Positions 13,204 through 25,019 of a DNA stretch of 64,000 bases are shown here, in pieces (the stretch's first letter is position 1; each line of letters starts with the position of its first letter). This stretch comes from Octopus vulgaris (Eukaryota). The notes beneath the pieces are model-generated. The model saw nothing but the letters and a program-made list of their open reading frames with translations. It did not search any database and was not told the origin of the DNA. The position numbers and the translations under genes were made by a program. The stretch covers positions 7,440,001 to 7,504,000 of the forward strand of contig OX597816.1 of NCBI GenBank assembly GCA_951406725.2. Direction: 5' to 3'.

Positions 13204-13628
13204 ATGTTTTTAAATGGTTCAGTTTTCTCTTTTCTTCAGTCCGTATTTCAGTTTGCTGAGCAAGTCTTCATTAAAACGTATTTTGCTGGTTGTGGTTTTC
13301 TTTTCATTTCAAATCGGATGACTGAATTTTTTTCTGTTATTTTCATTTCATGTTATAAAAGGTAAAAACTTTTTTTGTTGTTGTTGTACAACTAGACTTG
13401 TGGTGGCAGCATCACGTGTTCTCCAGCGACTGGGCTGTCCTATTCTGGAATAAGAAATTAATAAAAGATATAATGACGTCTACAAACCGTCCTATTTTAT
13501 TCTAATCTATAACTGGTTTCACTGGAGACTGTGGTCATGCTAGAGCATAACCATTGGGATAATAATTGTGTCACACCGGTATAAAGGTTATTTTCCTATT
13601 CTCCAACTACTACAGAAAAAACTACAAA

Positions 13629-13806
13629 GGCGTAGGAGTGGCTGTGTGGTAAGTAGCTTGCTTATGAACCACATGGTTCCGGGTTCGGTCCCACTGCGTG
13701 GCACCTTGGGCAAGCGTCTTCTACTATAGCCTTGGGCCGACCAATGCCTTGTGAGTGGATTTGGCAGACGGAAACTGAAAGAAGCCCGTCGTATATATAT
13801 ATACAC

Positions 13807-13861
<55 letters not shown>

Positions 13862-14070
13862 TTTGTGTGTCTGTCTTTGTCCCCCCAACATCGCTTGACG
13901 ACGGATGCTGGTGTGTTTACGTCCCCGTAACTTAGCGGTTCGGCAAAAGATAGAATAAGTACTAGGCTTACAAAGAGTAAGTCCTGCAGTCGATTTGCTC
14001 GACTAAAGGCGGTGCTCCAGCATGGCCACAGTCAAATGACTGAAACAAGTAGAAGAGTGAAAGAGTAAAG
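13629..14070 (+). mobile_element. SINE family A
   Basis: Full-length copy from ggcgtaggagtggctgtgtggtaag to the tail. Confidence 0.9.
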
Positions 14071-14099
14071 TATTACCTTCTCTGGAAAATAACAACTAC

Positions 14100-14420
14100 A
14101 TGCGGGACGGGAGAGAATGATCTGGTTGATCGACGAAGAAAAATAGCGGAATGGGGCGGCCGTGCGCCGTTGCATCCGCCATTTGTTGGTGATTCCCTAA
14201 TACTCCTGGCATGTGACATATTTGCACTATTCAGGCGTCAACCCTCTAACCCTTTCGGGTGTCGTTGCTAGTGAGGGTTTTACGAGGTCGGACTGCACAC
14301 CCGACCTCAACCTCTTTTACTCGCCTTTTTACGACGCGCAGAGGAAACGTTGGGCCTATTCTTTCACACGCTGGTCCTTGTTTAGCGCATCAATCTAGGG
14401 TAAACACAAAACAAAACTAC
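14100..14420 (-). other. GC-rich, highly self-complementary segment, probably a retroelement 5' UTR remnant
   Basis: Hairpins gaggtcgg/ccgacctc, aaccctc/gagggtt, gcgga/tccgc and cctct/agagg. Confidence 0.4.
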
Positions 14421-14459
14421 TCACTAAAAATATGACCATTAATAATGCTTCCAGTAATC

Positions 14460-14838
14460 CTTTTTACTATGACCACAAGGCCTGAAATTTTGGGTGAGGG
14501 TGCAAGTCGTTTACATCAACCCCAGTGCGTAACTGGTACTTATTTCATCGACCTCGAAAAGATGAAATGCAAAGTCGACTTCGGCATAATTTGAACTCAG
14601 AAGATAAGGACAGACGAAATGCTGCTAAGCATTTTTTGCCCGGCGTGCAAACGATTCTACCAGATCACCGCCTTAAATAACCTTTTCCGATAAAGTCACA
14701 AGGCCTGAAATTTGGTGGAGGGGGATAGTCGAATGCATCGACCCCAGTGCGTAACTGGTACTTATTTTATCGATCCCGAAAGGATGAAAAGCAACGTCGA
14801 CCTCGGCGGAATTTGAACTCAGAACGTAGCGGCAGACG
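14460..14838 (-). mobile_element. Two adjacent SINE family B copies
   Basis: The reverse-strand family B core occurs twice. Confidence 0.8.
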
Positions 14839-15239
14839 TTCGCCACCTTGATAATGTTTCCAATGACAGCAATTCTGTTCAAACGTAAACTATGTGATAA
14901 AGCCGTGTGGGAATTCAAATTGGTTAAGAAACTTGAATGGGGTTGTGTGTGTTGGAATAAGTTGCTACTTTCCCTGTGGAGCAGAACGTGTCCTACGTTG
15001 TCACTCATCTCCCCACACGTCAATGGCGATGACGGATTTTCTCTTGTCTAGAAACGAAAATTTTAATGATCCATGCAATTATGGTTCACGGTTTTGGATA
15101 CGTTAAACACAATTTAATACTTAGGAGAGACAGCAAGACATTGAGAGAGAAAAATAAAACATAGAAACACCGAGGCAGAGAGAGAGGGAGAGAGAGTGAG
15201 AAGCAGAATCGAAGTCTATTCAATAAGTTCTTTTTATTC

Positions 15240-15560
15240 TTTAATTTGTTTCAGTCATTTGACTGCGGCCATGCTGTAGCACCGTCTTTAGTCGAACAGA
15301 TCGATCCCAGGACTTATTCTTTGTAAGCCGAGTACTCATTCTATCATCCCAGGACTTATTCTTTGTAAGCCGAGTACTCATTCTATCATCCCAGGACTTA
15401 TTCTTTGTAAGCCGAGTACTCATTCTATCATCCAAGGACTTATTCTTTGTAAGCCGAGTACTCATTCTATCATCCCAGGACTTATTCTTTGTAAGCCGAG
15501 TACTCATTCTATCATCCAAGGACTTATTCTTTGTAAGCCGAGTACTCATTCTATCATCCC
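15240..15560 (-). repeat. SINE A 3' fragment with a 42-bp unit amplified about 6 times
   Basis: atcccaggacttattctttgtaagccgagtactcattctatc repeated in tandem from 15304. Confidence 0.9.
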
Positions 15561-15974
15561 GTCTTTAAGGTAATTCAGTTTACAGTTTACATATTTCTTT
15601 TTCATTCACTTTTTTCATAATTGTCGTTTTACTTGTAATGACACCTTTTCTGTTTTAAAACCCATAAAAAATTATTTTGGAGTGGGGCTGGAACGCATTA
15701 ATTATATTTTAATGGAGAAAATTGATTAGTAAAACGAGTAAATCGTAAGACAAGCTTGGTCATGTAACTAATTAAACTCGTACGGCGAAGTATCAGTGTA
15801 TTTTATGAGAGTAAAATTTCAGCCAATCATTATTGGAGTGACCCCTCCACCTACTAATTTTGATCACTCTAGACGGAGTTTATGTCGCCATTTTTGCTTG
15901 GATAATCTCCGTTAATCGTTGTTCTTTAACGCAGTGTGTTCTACATTTCAGGTTCTGCCATACTCTTACTCTCT

Positions 15975-16382
15975 CTTTACTCTTTTACTTGTTTCAGTCA
16001 TTTGACTGCGGCCATGCTGGAGCACCGCCTTTAACCGAGCAACTCGACCCCGGGACTTATTCTTTGTAAGCCCAGTACTTATTCTATCGGTCTCTTTTTG
16101 CCGAACCGCTAAGTGACAGGGACGTAAACACACCAGCATCGGTTGTCAAGCAATGCTAGGGGGACAAACACACATACACAAACACACACAAACATATATA
16201 TATATATATATATAAATATATACGACAGGCTTCTTTCAGTTTCCGCCTACCAAATCCACTCACAAGGCATTGGTCGGCCCGGGGCTATAGCAGAAGACAC
16301 TTGTCCAAGATGCCACGCAGTGGGACTGAACCCGGAACCATGTGGTTGGTTAGCAAGCTACTTACCACACAGCCACTCCTGC
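15975..16382 (-). mobile_element. SINE family A
   Basis: Full-length reverse copy. Confidence 0.9.
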
Positions 16383-16764
16383 CATGTATAACTTTCTGCT
16401 GTTTTATCTTGAAACTCGGCCAAAAGACAAGATAGCAGTAATATCAGGGGGGTGCCGAGGTTGGCAGTACTTTTACATCAGTCGTCTCTGTTTCCTCAGA
16501 GCGTTCCGCTTCAGTTGCAGCCAGTTTATCTTCCGTCAAATCTAACAAAGAATGGCGAACAACGAAAACGTGCTTAGCTTTCGTCAAGCTTAATTAAGAA
16601 CAGATTTACAGTATTTCGGTTTGATTAAATTACGCACGCATGCACACCCACACACCGTACACCCACCCACGCATGCGCACATACACACGCATTACAGACT
16701 TACACACACACTTATACGCATATACAAATATACGCATACGCGTGTTTCTTTCTTGCTCTCCTTC

Positions 16765-17094
<330 letters not shown>

Positions 17095-17403
17095 TGACGG
17101 ATGTGATGTCGTTTCAGCTCCGAAGGTAATCATTTATTTTGACTATTTATAGGCCAATTTTTGTGTAGATTTTTGCAAATAAGGTGTGTAAGGCAACCAA
17201 CTTTCATTTGAGTGCTTTTCCAAGGGAGGAATTCGCCCCTAGGGGCAGTTTCGACCCCATTTCATTTCTGTTATTTTCTTCTCGACATTAGAAAATGTCT
17301 AGAAATTTTATTGTTGAACGCTGGTCGCGTTCTTTTTGGAACAACATTTTCCTAGTCTGGAAACGACAGAGAAAAAAAGAACGTTCGCACGGAAAATGCC
17401 AAC

Positions 17404-17628
17404 GTGAAATTCGGTGAAAGGAACGCTGCAACCACGTGCGTTAACAGCCCTGTCACCACCGCCACCACCACCACTAACAACAGCAACCACGAGACAACAA
17501 CTGCTACCACCACCACCTCCACCACCACCACTACCACGACCAACATAAATGATAAAAATAAAACTGAAACGAAAACTATTGACAAAAACAACAGCAACAA
17601 CAAGAACAACAATAAAAATGAACTATCT
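17404..17628 (+). CDS. N-terminal, low-complexity part of Tx1-like ORF1 (interrupted)
   Basis: T/N-rich frame that joins in frame to 19669 when the insertion is removed (NELS|NSEDANTKKSTTVNFADILR). No ATG; an in-frame TAG lies at 17353. Confidence 0.65.
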
Positions 17629-19663
17629 GAGGGCCTTTCTCTCCCAGGAATGACAAGATGTGAACGAGGACAGGCGAGGTCCCTCCTGAACCTCATCAAC
17701 ACCCTGTACATGGAGCAGGTAATACTCCAACCAACCAGGGCAGGTAACACACTGGATCTCTGCTTCACAAATGATATGGATCTCATCCATAATGTGAAAG
17801 TGACACCGACACTACTCTCGGATCACAACATGATAGAGCTGACCATGTACGGGCCAAAAGAGAGCACGGACATGCAGCCTACAAGAAATCCTCAAAATCT
17901 TTCCAGCTTGAACTACCATAAGGCAAACTGGAAACAAATTGAGAAAGAGATCCTCAAACAAAACTGGCCTGAATGTCTCTCCTCGCCAGACATCGATGTG
18001 AAACTTCAGCTACTGGCCCCGATGGATTCCCGGCAATCCTCCTAAAAGCATGTAAGAGAGTCCTAGCAAGACCACTGCAGTTCCTCTTTCAGAGCTTCCT
18101 TGCAGCTGGCAAACTTCCAGGAAAACTGAAGGAAGGTAAAATATGCCCCATTCATAAAGGAGGTAGCAGAGCGGAAGCCAAGAACTATAGACCTATCTCT
18201 CTGACCTCACACATCAGCAAGGTCATGGAACGAATAGTCAGAAGGAAGCTGATCACCTTCCTTGAAGAGAATGACTTGCTGCCCGACACCCAACATGGTT
18301 TCCGACCAGGGAGAAGCTGTTTAACTCAGCTCCTACAACACTATGACTGGGTGCTGAAACGGCTGCTCAACCACTCAAATGTGGAAGTGATATATCTCGA
18401 CTTTGCAAAGGCCTTTGATAAAGTCGATCATGGAATGATATGTCACAAACTGCGTGATCTCAACATAGTTGGAAAACTGGGAGAATGGCTTCATGACTTT
18501 CTGAAGGATAGAAGTCAGGTGGTAGTAGCCAATGGGGCCACCTCCATTAACACACAAATAGTGAGCGGTGTTCCGCAGGGCACTGTTCTGGGACCACTAC
18601 TGTTCATAATGGCCCTCTCAGACATGCCCTCAGCCACGCAGAGAGCCACGATCACAAGTTATGCAGATGATACAAAAGTTTCACAGGCAATACAGAACCC
18701 TGAGGACACTAAACACCTGCAATGTGAGCTGGACGAAATATACAAGTGGGCTGAAAAGAATAGCATGCAGTTCAATGCTGGAAAGTTTCAAGCTTTATAC
18801 TATCAGCATGCAAAACTGAATGCAATACCCAATGAATACACTGGACCCGGAGGGATTGCAATCCCAGAGGCACAATCAGTGCGTGACCTTGGTATTCACA
18901 TGAGTGATGACGCGACCTTTCATGTACATGTTGCTAAACTGACAATGAAATGTAGACGGCTGGCTGGATGGATTCTTAGAACCTTTAGAACAAGAGAACA
19001 AGAAACCATGATGGTCCTCTGGAAGACACTTGTCCTAAGCCACTTTGACTATTGCTCTCAGCTATGGTCACCATCCAGTGTCAAGTTGATCACAGAACTT
19101 GAGGCGATCCAACGAAGCTACACAAAGAAGATAGCCTCTATGCAGAATGTAAGCTACTGGGAAAGACTCAAGAGATTAAAATTATATTCCCTGGAGCGTA
19201 GGCGGGAAAGATATGCCATAATATACATCTGGAAGATCCTGGAGGGAAGTGTCCTGAACTTTGGCATCGAGAGTTACGCAAATGCCAGAACTGGGCGCAC
19301 TGCGTGGTGCCTAGGACTCCAAACCTGCCATCAAGATGTAGGACAAGATTCTGTGATAGCCTGGGCTTCCGAGGCCCACAGCTCTTCAATATCCTCCCGA
19401 AGAACCTGAGAGACCTGCATGGGGTGGATACAGATGTCTTTAAAATGAAGCTGGATCTCTTCCTGTCAGGTGTCCCAGATGAACCAACTTCACGGCAGGA
19501 GGGGCAGATGAGGGCAGCTGCATCGAACTCTCTCATGCACCAAATAGCAGTTGCTAGAAAGCCTCCATGAAGTGAAACCAAGTAGCAACACCAAATGGCG
19601 GTGCCCCAGCATGGCCACAGCTCATAAGCTGAAACTAGAATCAATCAATCAATCAATCAATCA
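17629..19663 (+). mobile_element. CR1-clade LINE, 5'-truncated, internally deleted and frameshifted
   Basis: APE C-terminus (TLDLCFTN, SDH); RT motifs YRPISL, QHGFR, YLDFAKAFD, GVPQG, YADD; (ATCA)n tail; TATCT duplicated at 17624-17628 and 19664-19668. Confidence 0.92.
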
Positions 19664-19668
19664 TATCT

Positions 19669-21213
19669 AATAGTGAAGATGCCAATACAAAAAAGTCAAC
19701 AACAGTAAATTTCGCAGATATTCTTCGCCAGAAAAAGGAGATTGTTACATTCACAAATGAAGAGCTCATAGAAACAAGAGCTCTCTTTACAACCCGTGGA
19801 CAAGATTTAGTCCTGCATACACCTCAACATATAAAACAAGAAATTGAAAATAAGACAATTGTATATAAAATTATTAGAAAAAACAAAAAACCAAATGAAC
19901 AGATTACAAAAACTGATGTGGAGAAATGTTTAAAAAACATAATGAAAGAAAAAGAGTATATAAACTGGGGTCCCCAGTTTAACACAGTAGTGGTCCGCTT
20001 CCCTAACCAGGAAGTGGCAAAAGCTCACTCTACTGAGTCTCTGGGAAATGATGAAATCATCATGGTCCCTTATTATAAAAACCAGAGGGTGAGTAGAATT
20101 ACTATCAGAAATGTACCCCCCGATATGCCGAACAAATGGATAACAGGGGCAATCTGTTACCACTTGAAAAAGATCAATATTCTAGAAACAGCCGTGTACC
20201 TAAACGACAATTGGGGTGGAAAAACAGTAGTAGTGACCATCCAGATTGAGGGGGCCTCTATCGAGAGCCTACCCGACAAGATATACTTGGAGAATGGGCA
20301 ATGCCTATATGTTATGGCAGAAGGCAAAAAGCCTAGATGCTACAAATGTGGCAGCCCCGAACATTTGATTGCCAAGTGCGATCTGGTACAGAAAAAACAA
20401 GAAAGAACAATTCAGAAAACAAATAAAATCCCTTTGTTGCCAACACCAACACCAACACACTCAATTATGGAACAACGCCAAGAAAAACAACAAACCAGCA
20501 GACAAACCCCAACAACATCACCAAGAAAAACAGTACCAACACAATCACCGTTGACTTCACAACCAATTAAACCTGTTGAATTAACAAAAAATAGACCCAC
20601 GCCCACACCCAGGACGACAATTAAAAAGACAGAAAACACTGACGAGAAGACAAATGCTACCCCTAACACCACAACAACACAAACACCGCACAAAACATCA
20701 ACAATTTATACAAGCATACATAGTGATCCTGTTCTTTTTCCTCTACCCCATACTGATACGTCGGACGAAGAAAGTTCGACGGAATGGCAAATAGCCACAG
20801 GGGGTAAAAGAAAAAGATCCAAAAAATCCACCAAACAAGGAATTAAAGCAGGGAGATATCTCACTCAGGACAACATTCCCCTAGACAATCAAAAAAGTAA
20901 TGAACCCGTAAAACCACACACACAACTAACTGCAATAGACACAGACAATAAAGAATTAATGGACTACATCAAATCTAACATGGTCGTCTGTGAAGATGAT
21001 TTTAAGACAAACAATCATCCGCACACCACACCACCGAAACACATCAGAATTTTACACATAACACAAGCACAACACCACATACTGAAAACATTATTTCCGA
21101 ATGCGGTAGGCGGGTATCAACGATACCTGTCGAAAAAACTATACAAACACCTCATCAAAAACGATACAAAAGAAGAAGAAGAAAAAAATGAAACTTTTAA
21201 AATGAGTAAGTGA
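19669..21213 (+). CDS. Remainder of Tx1-like ORF1 (nucleic-acid-binding protein with zinc knuckle)
   Basis: The frame is open from 19669 and contains CYKCGSPEHLIAKC (CX2CX4HX4C) followed by a P/T-rich linker. Confidence 0.85.
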   Translation, partial: NSEDANTKKSTTVNFADILRQKKEIVTFTNEELIETRALFTTRGQDLVLHTPQHIKQEIENKTIVYKIIRKNKKPNEQITKTDVEKCLKNIMKEKEYINWGPQFNTVVVRFPNQEVAKAHSTESLGNDEIIMVPYYKNQRVSRITIRNVPPDMPNKWITGAICYHLKKINILETAVYLNDNWGGKTVVVTIQIEGASIESLPDKIYLENGQCLYVMAEGKKPRCYKCGSPEHLIAKCDLVQKKQERTIQKTNKIPLLPTPTPTHSIMEQRQEKQQTSRQTPTTSPRKTVPTQSPLTSQPIKPVELTKNRPTPTPRTTIKKTENTDEKTNATPNTTTTQTPHKTSTIYTSIHSDPVLFPLPHTDTSDEESSTEWQIATGGKRKRSKKSTKQGIKAGRYLTQDNIPLDNQKSNEPVKPHTQLTAIDTDNKELMDYIKSNMVVCEDDFKTNNHPHTTPPKHIRILHITQAQHHILKTLFPNAVGGYQRYLSKKLYKHLIKNDTKEEEEKNETFKMSK

Positions 21214-21270
21214 CCTCACTTCCTGCCTCTTGTCTCTTCTAATATAGTGTGTAAAACACAATTTTCGTAA

Positions 21271-24200
21271 ATGTCAAGTATGCTTAAATTAGGTTGTGTG
21301 AATGCGCGTGGCTTGGCGTCGGCTTGGAAGCAAGGTTACCTTCTAAACGACATCAAGTCACTGGACGTGGATATAGTAGCTATCAGTGAAACCAGACTCA
21401 GTAAGCCGCGGGCCCTCGAGTCCATGTTTGGCAATCAATTTGACATTTATTTTTCTCCCTGTCTGCCGAACATGGGTGGTGGAGGTACTGCGGTGCTTTT
21501 TCGAAAGAGTCTAAAGGTAAAAGTAAGAGCAATATTCCTAGACCCGGAGGGTAGGCTGGTTGTCTTGGACGTGGATGGCAGAAATGGGTGTGCATTCCGT
21601 CTGATGGCAGTTTATGCACCGTCCTTAACGGGTCGGGCGGATTTCTTCAGACGTCTAGAGGTTTTCCTGGGTACGTCTAGACCTTTACTGTTAGTAGGGG
21701 ATTGGAACGCTACCTTGGACACGCATCTAGATTATGTGGGAAGGGATAGGAATAGAAGGGGGTGTAAGAGCCTCAAAGACCTGCTCAGACGTTTCCATTT
21801 GTCTGACAGGTTCCGACTCGACCATCCGAACGTGCCAACGTGGACTTGGACAAACCGCGTCGGATCGTCGAGATCTTATCTAGATAGAATTCTATGCAGG
21901 ACAGCGGATAGGGATAGTGTAAGTTGTCCACAATTTAAAATAGTCAGCTACACAGATCACAAATTTGTTACGTGTACGCTCGACTTAGATAAAACACATA
22001 GGCAGGGTCCCGGTTACTGGAAACTGAACACGTCGCTGTTAGCGCGACAGGTTTACAGGAACCGGATTAGCGAGTTAATTAAGAGGGCGCTGACGGGAGC
22101 GGTCGTTAACAACCGCTGGTGGTACGCCCTGAAAATGGCAATAAAATCGGAATCAATTAGGTTTAGCAAGGAATTAGCGATAGAACGAAATAGAGTAGAG
22201 GGAGACTTAGTTAAGAAACTAGAAGAGGCACTTACCACTGGCAGCGCAACCAACGTGCTGGTTGCGAGGATGGCCCTCGACCAACACCTCAACGCCAAGC
22301 ACGAAGGTTGCGTCGTCAGAGCTAAAATGCGTGCCTTAAGGAACGAAGGGATTGAAGCTGCGCGAGAGGCCCGGGTAGCGGAGGCGCAGCGTGGCAACAG
22401 ATCAACCATTCGGTCTCTAATAGATCAACAGGGATGCAGTTTACTCGAACCCGAAAGGATGTGTGAGGCCTTTCAACAGCACTTTGCTCGACTGTTTGGT
22501 GCGAGTGGTGGGTCGGAACGAGGGATGGATTTCAGTGCCTACCTGACCGACCTGCCGCGGCTCTCGGCAAGAGAGGCGGAGTGTTGTGAAAGTCCCATCA
22601 CAGCCGCTGACGTGTGGGATGCGATGGCGGGCTGCGCGAGGGATAAGTCGCCTGGATTGGATGGTTTACCCTACGAGCTGTATTGTCGAATGCCAGACTT
22701 GTTTGGCGACCTCTTGGCATCAGTCTACTGCAACTGGCAACAAAACGGGAGAATCCCCGGTTTCGTGAGCCGAGGTGCAGTGACGTTGCTGAAGAAAGAC
22801 TCAAACAAGGGGAATTTTATAGATAATTTCAGGCCCATCACTCTGCTCAACGCAGATTTGAAAATTTTGGCCAAAGTAATAGCCGAGAGGTTGGCGCTTG
22901 TCATTGGTAAACTGGTCGACAGGGCGCAAACATGCGCCGTGCCGGGCAGAACCATACATGACAACCTCCATCTGATGCGCTACATTGTGGACAGGGTAGT
23001 TAAGGATCCTGGCATGGGTGGGGCGCTGATAAATTTGGATCAGTCTAAAGCCTTCGATAGGGTCGACCATCGGTACTTGGCGGCCGTTCTCAGGGCGGCT
23101 GGCTTCGGTCCCGTGTTCCGCGGTTGGATCGCTGCCTTGTATAGCGGCATCCGATCGGTGATTCGGGTGAACGGTCACCTGTCGAAACCGTTTGATATCA
23201 CGCGTTCGGTCCGTCAGGGATGTCCCCTGTCGGCGCTTCTGTATGTATTGACTCTCGAGCCGCTACTGCGGAAACTGGCGACACTGAGGGGCATCCCACG
23301 GGAACTGGGTTGCGGGACGAGCGTGTCGGCATATGCGGACGATGTCACCGTCATAGTGTCGAGCTACCAGCACATCGAGCTGGTCGGCGAGACACTAAGA
23401 AAATACGAAACGGTGACGGGAGCAAAGATTAATCCGGAAAAGTCAGTGGGTTTGCTACTCGGCACCTGGAGAAGCAAGCCCATGCTGTCCGACTGCGGCT
23501 CAGTAGTGGGACGCTGGATGGACGGACCGGTTAAATTGCTCGGGGTCTGGTTCAGTCCGGACCTCCAAATGGATAAGAACTGGGACGAGATCACGAGTAG
23601 AGTGGTCGCTCTCAGCCAAAAATGGGCCGAGAGAAAGCTGTCTCTAAAAGGCCGGGCGGAGGTGGCGAACGCGTACATCGCATCCGTCATCGATTACCGC
23701 CTGACCGTCGTACCTTGTCCCGACGCCACCATCACCAAACTGGAACGCATACTCTTCCGCTTCCTGTGGAAGGGTGGCGTTCCGATGGTGAGGAAGTCCA
23801 TTTGCTGTCAACATCCGTTGAATGGAGGACTGGGCATGCCGTGGTTGATGATGCGCAGGCATGCGCTGAGACTGCGACATCTCTGGAAATTCATCGACGA
23901 CGGTGAACAGGTGTGGGCGCCGTTTGTGAGGCGCGACTTCCCGCAGCTCGTCTCACTGACCGAACTGCAAACGTGGATCAAAAAGAGACCGAAACTGGGC
24001 GATTGGCACCGAGAGTGTCGCCAAGCTCTACAGCAGCTCTGCCGACCGGGGTCAAACTTGTGCAACTTCCAAACGACTAAAGCGTTCTATAGAGGACTAG
24101 TGGAGGGGAGGTCCGACGACACACTCGGGGCAAACCTGGGCGTCGACGAGGAATTCCTAACCCGCCTGTTCAGGACGACGTTCGGGCCGGGGCCTATGGA

Positions 24201-24720
24201 TAACTTCCAGAAATCCCTGGCTTGGCAGTGCTATCGAGACGCACTACCTGTTCGAGAGAAGAGCTACAGACACGGTTCGAAAACCATCACCGGACCGACC
24301 TGCCTGAGATGCGGTCAGAGCGACGAAACCGTTCTGCACGCACTCGTGCAGTGTCCAGATATTTCAGAGCTGTGGTCCTTCGTCGAACAGCTGTTGTCAC
24401 GTGTAGGTCAGGCTCGCCTATCGGCCGAGTCTATCGTGAATATTGTTCCACCACCTTCCTTTAAACGGGAAGGGAAAACGGTTTTCGTTACGCTGATGGC
24501 TATGGCGAAAGAATGTGTGTGGTGGACGCGTTTGAAAGGACTGCAAACAAACATCTTCCTCTCTGGTCAGTCTCTCGTCAACTTTTTCAAGTACCACTTG
24601 AAAAGGAGGATGAGAATAGAGAGGAAGGCTTTGTCGAACGAATGTTTTAATAAAAAGTGGGTAAAAGTGGCAAAAATGGTCAGTATGAAAGACGACACTA
24701 TTTTAAGCATAAATCTGTAA
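21271..24720 (+). CDS. Tx1/L1-type ORF2: APE endonuclease, reverse transcriptase and C-terminal Cys/His motif
   Basis: 1149 aa with no stops: NARGL, SET, GDWN, TDH, WKLN, KSPGLDG, FRPITL, DQSKAFD, VRQGCPLS, YADD, CLRC...HALVQC. Confidence 0.96.
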   Translation: MSSMLKLGCVNARGLASAWKQGYLLNDIKSLDVDIVAISETRLSKPRALESMFGNQFDIYFSPCLPNMGGGGTAVLFRKSLKVKVRAIFLDPEGRLVVLDVDGRNGCAFRLMAVYAPSLTGRADFFRRLEVFLGTSRPLLLVGDWNATLDTHLDYVGRDRNRRGCKSLKDLLRRFHLSDRFRLDHPNVPTWTWTNRVGSSRSYLDRILCRTADRDSVSCPQFKIVSYTDHKFVTCTLDLDKTHRQGPGYWKLNTSLLARQVYRNRISELIKRALTGAVVNNRWWYALKMAIKSESIRFSKELAIERNRVEGDLVKKLEEALTTGSATNVLVARMALDQHLNAKHEGCVVRAKMRALRNEGIEAAREARVAEAQRGNRSTIRSLIDQQGCSLLEPERMCEAFQQHFARLFGASGGSERGMDFSAYLTDLPRLSAREAECCESPITAADVWDAMAGCARDKSPGLDGLPYELYCRMPDLFGDLLASVYCNWQQNGRIPGFVSRGAVTLLKKDSNKGNFIDNFRPITLLNADLKILAKVIAERLALVIGKLVDRAQTCAVPGRTIHDNLHLMRYIVDRVVKDPGMGGALINLDQSKAFDRVDHRYLAAVLRAAGFGPVFRGWIAALYSGIRSVIRVNGHLSKPFDITRSVRQGCPLSALLYVLTLEPLLRKLATLRGIPRELGCGTSVSAYADDVTVIVSSYQHIELVGETLRKYETVTGAKINPEKSVGLLLGTWRSKPMLSDCGSVVGRWMDGPVKLLGVWFSPDLQMDKNWDEITSRVVALSQKWAERKLSLKGRAEVANAYIASVIDYRLTVVPCPDATITKLERILFRFLWKGGVPMVRKSICCQHPLNGGLGMPWLMMRRHALRLRHLWKFIDDGEQVWAPFVRRDFPQLVSLTELQTWIKKRPKLGDWHRECRQALQQLCRPGSNLCNFQTTKAFYRGLVEGRSDDTLGANLGVDEEFLTRLFRTTFGPGPMDNFQKSLAWQCYRDALPVREKSYRHGSKTITGPTCLRCGQSDETVLHALVQCPDISELWSFVEQLLSRVGQARLSAESIVNIVPPPSFKREGKTVFVTLMAMAKECVWWTRLKGLQTNIFLSGQSLVNFFKYHLKRRMRIERKALSNECFNKKWVKVAKMVSMKDDTILSINL

Positions 24721-25019
24721 CCAAAAGAGACAACGAGAAGTAAGGCGACTTACTCATGTGTCCTTTTTCGAACTGTCTGAGGTGACCTTGGTCTTTTTTG
24801 TAGGTTTTTCTTTCCAAGGCTACACCTAAACTGTGAACCTTATATATATATATATAGTGCTTTTTTATACAGCACACAACCCACAGATCTCTATTGATCA
24901 AACGTTTTTTTTTGTTTTTTTTTTTTGCCCCACCCATCCCACCTCGAAAAGAAAAAATTCTACATTGTATTTCGTCCATTTTTATTCTGTGTTTAGCCCT
25001 GTGTGGCTACAATAAAAAG

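Noticed and set aside
14238-14255. aaccctctaaccct as a telomerase RNA template
   Set aside because: Only a short match, and it pairs with the downstream gagggtt. No pseudoknot or H/ACA features were identified.
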